A stretch of DNA of 24,318 bases from Chloroflexota bacterium (GTDB lineage Bacteria > Chloroflexota > Limnocylindria > QHBO01): assembly GCA_023250255.1 (NCBI GenBank), contig JAHFBB010000001.1, positions 1 through 24,318 of the forward strand. The letters are read 5' to 3'. A model generated the notes under the pieces. That model saw only the letters and a list, made by a program, of their open reading frames with translations, was not told the DNA's origin and made no database searches. The first letter of the stretch is position 1. Each line of letters starts with the position of its first letter. Below, piece by piece: positions 23,391-24,318 of the stretch. The position numbers and the translations under genes were made by a program.

Positions 23391-24318
23391 TCAGATCGAC
23401 CAGGGGAAACAAAGCCTCGAGGACATCCACCACCCGTTCCGTTCCTCGCCCGTCCGCGATTCTGGATGCAGCTGCCGCCATCTTCGTGAGCTTGGCGTCA
23501 TCCTGGCTGATCCGCTCCACGGCCGCGCGGATATCGGCTTCGGTCACCCCATCATGCCAGCCGATCAGCTCGGCGGCTCCGGCCTTGACCAGACCGGCGG
23601 CAACGGAGCGCTGATTTTCCGCCAGCCCGACCAGCAGCGTAGGTAGGCCGAGACAACACCGTTCCCAACTGGCGCTGCCGGGCGCTCCGATGGCGAGGTC
23701 TGCCGCCGCCATCAGACTCGCCAAATTGCGGACATCCCGATGGAGGCGGACATTCTTGCGATCCCCCGCCAAGGCCTGGAGTGCCGCCCAGAATGGGTAT
23801 GCGGCCCCCACCACCACGTCCAAGGTCACATCCGCGTCTCGGAGGGCTCGGAGGGTGCGCCCGCTGAGATCGTGTTCATCGGCTCCACTCAGGAACACCA
23901 GCACGGATTCGACTCGCTTGCGGCGGGCAGGTGGCACTCGTCGCAGGTCGGCGAACTCCGGTCGGAGGAGAGCGAATCGCGGGCCGATGAGCAATTGGCA
24001 GGTCGCTCCGACCAAGGTTCGGTATGCCGCGGGGCTGATTCCAAGGTTCTGATTCACCAGAACCGAGGCTTGGTGGGCCCGGTCGCTGAGGTCGTCGATA
24101 ACTGCCACCAGCGGTCCCTGGCCCGCAACGGCGGCTTCCCACCGGGCATCAATCTCGTAGGAATCGACCACGACCAGTTGCGTCTCCGTGAGGCCGGCAG
24201 CTGACGTCAGCCAGGTCGCTTCGGAATCTGGCCGCAGGCCGGACGGTATTCGAATGGGATTGCTCCCGGCCGCCGCGATCCCCGCCTCGAGGGCGTCGGG
24301 CATCTCTCGGTAGGCGAA
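23353..24318 (-). CDS. pseG: UDP-2,4-diacetamido-2,4,6-trideoxy-beta-L-altropyranose hydrolase (5' part beyond the window)
   Basis: The frame is open to the window edge. Motifs VVDSYEID, IDDL, NQNLG, LLIGPRFALLRPEF, ADLAIGAPGS.SWERCCLGLP......ENQ, DGRG.ERV. It lies next to pseBC. Confidence 0.82.
   Translation of the reverse strand, partial: FAYREMPDALEAGIAAAGSNPIRIPSGLRPDSEATWLTSAAGLTETQLVVVDSYEIDARWEAAVAGQGPLVAVIDDLSDRAHQASVLVNQNLGISPAAYRTLVGATCQLLIGPRFALLRPEFADLRRVPPARRKRVESVLVFLSGADEHDLSGRTLRALRDADVTLDVVVGAAYPFWAALQALAGDRKNVRLHRDVRNLASLMAAADLAIGAPGSASWERCCLGLPTLLVGLAENQRSVAAGLVKAGAAELIGWHDGVTEADIRAAVERISQDDAKLTKMAAAASRIADGRGTERVVDVLEALFPLVDLTTASPPPPPPPR

Noticed and set aside
1-24318. 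CRISPR array, IS elements, REP-like repeats, rRNA
   Set aside because: No regularly spaced short repeats, transposase motifs, terminal inverted repeats or rRNA-like segments were seen.

Overview
High-GC bacterial chromosomal window. The gene set and protein style suggest Chloroflexota, possibly a Limnocylindria-like lineage (inference only). From 1 to 8453 is a + strand housekeeping block: the 3' part of glgE, an MBL hydrolase, mreB-mreC (no mreD), rph-rdgB, a polyprenol-phosphate mannose synthase, a three-parvulin foldase, a YabN-like mazG and tRNA-Pro(TGG). From 8462 to 17510 is a cell-envelope block in which two paralogous multi-TM LCP genes bracket a membrane diguanylate cyclase, a secreted protein with a gingipain/caspase-like His-Cys signature, and a large modular GH18 hydrolase. 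The last two genes end in the same 602-bp, apparently nucleotide-identical segment (12446-13047 = 15501-16102). It encodes an Ig-like domain plus an unrecognised ~89-aa aromatic-rich terminal domain. After this come a PLP transsulfuration enzyme, a PucR/CdaR-type regulator, a palindrome-rich promoter region, a canonical type I glnA, and pseudaminic-acid genes pseB-pseC, with pseG convergent and cut by the window edge. Several genes look leaderless (TANNNT 6-7 nt before the start codon). No transposase, integrase, CRISPR array or reverse transcriptase was seen. The best leads are the shared identical C-terminal module, the putative clan-CD protease, the nested parvulin architecture and the putative PucR-operator control of glnA.
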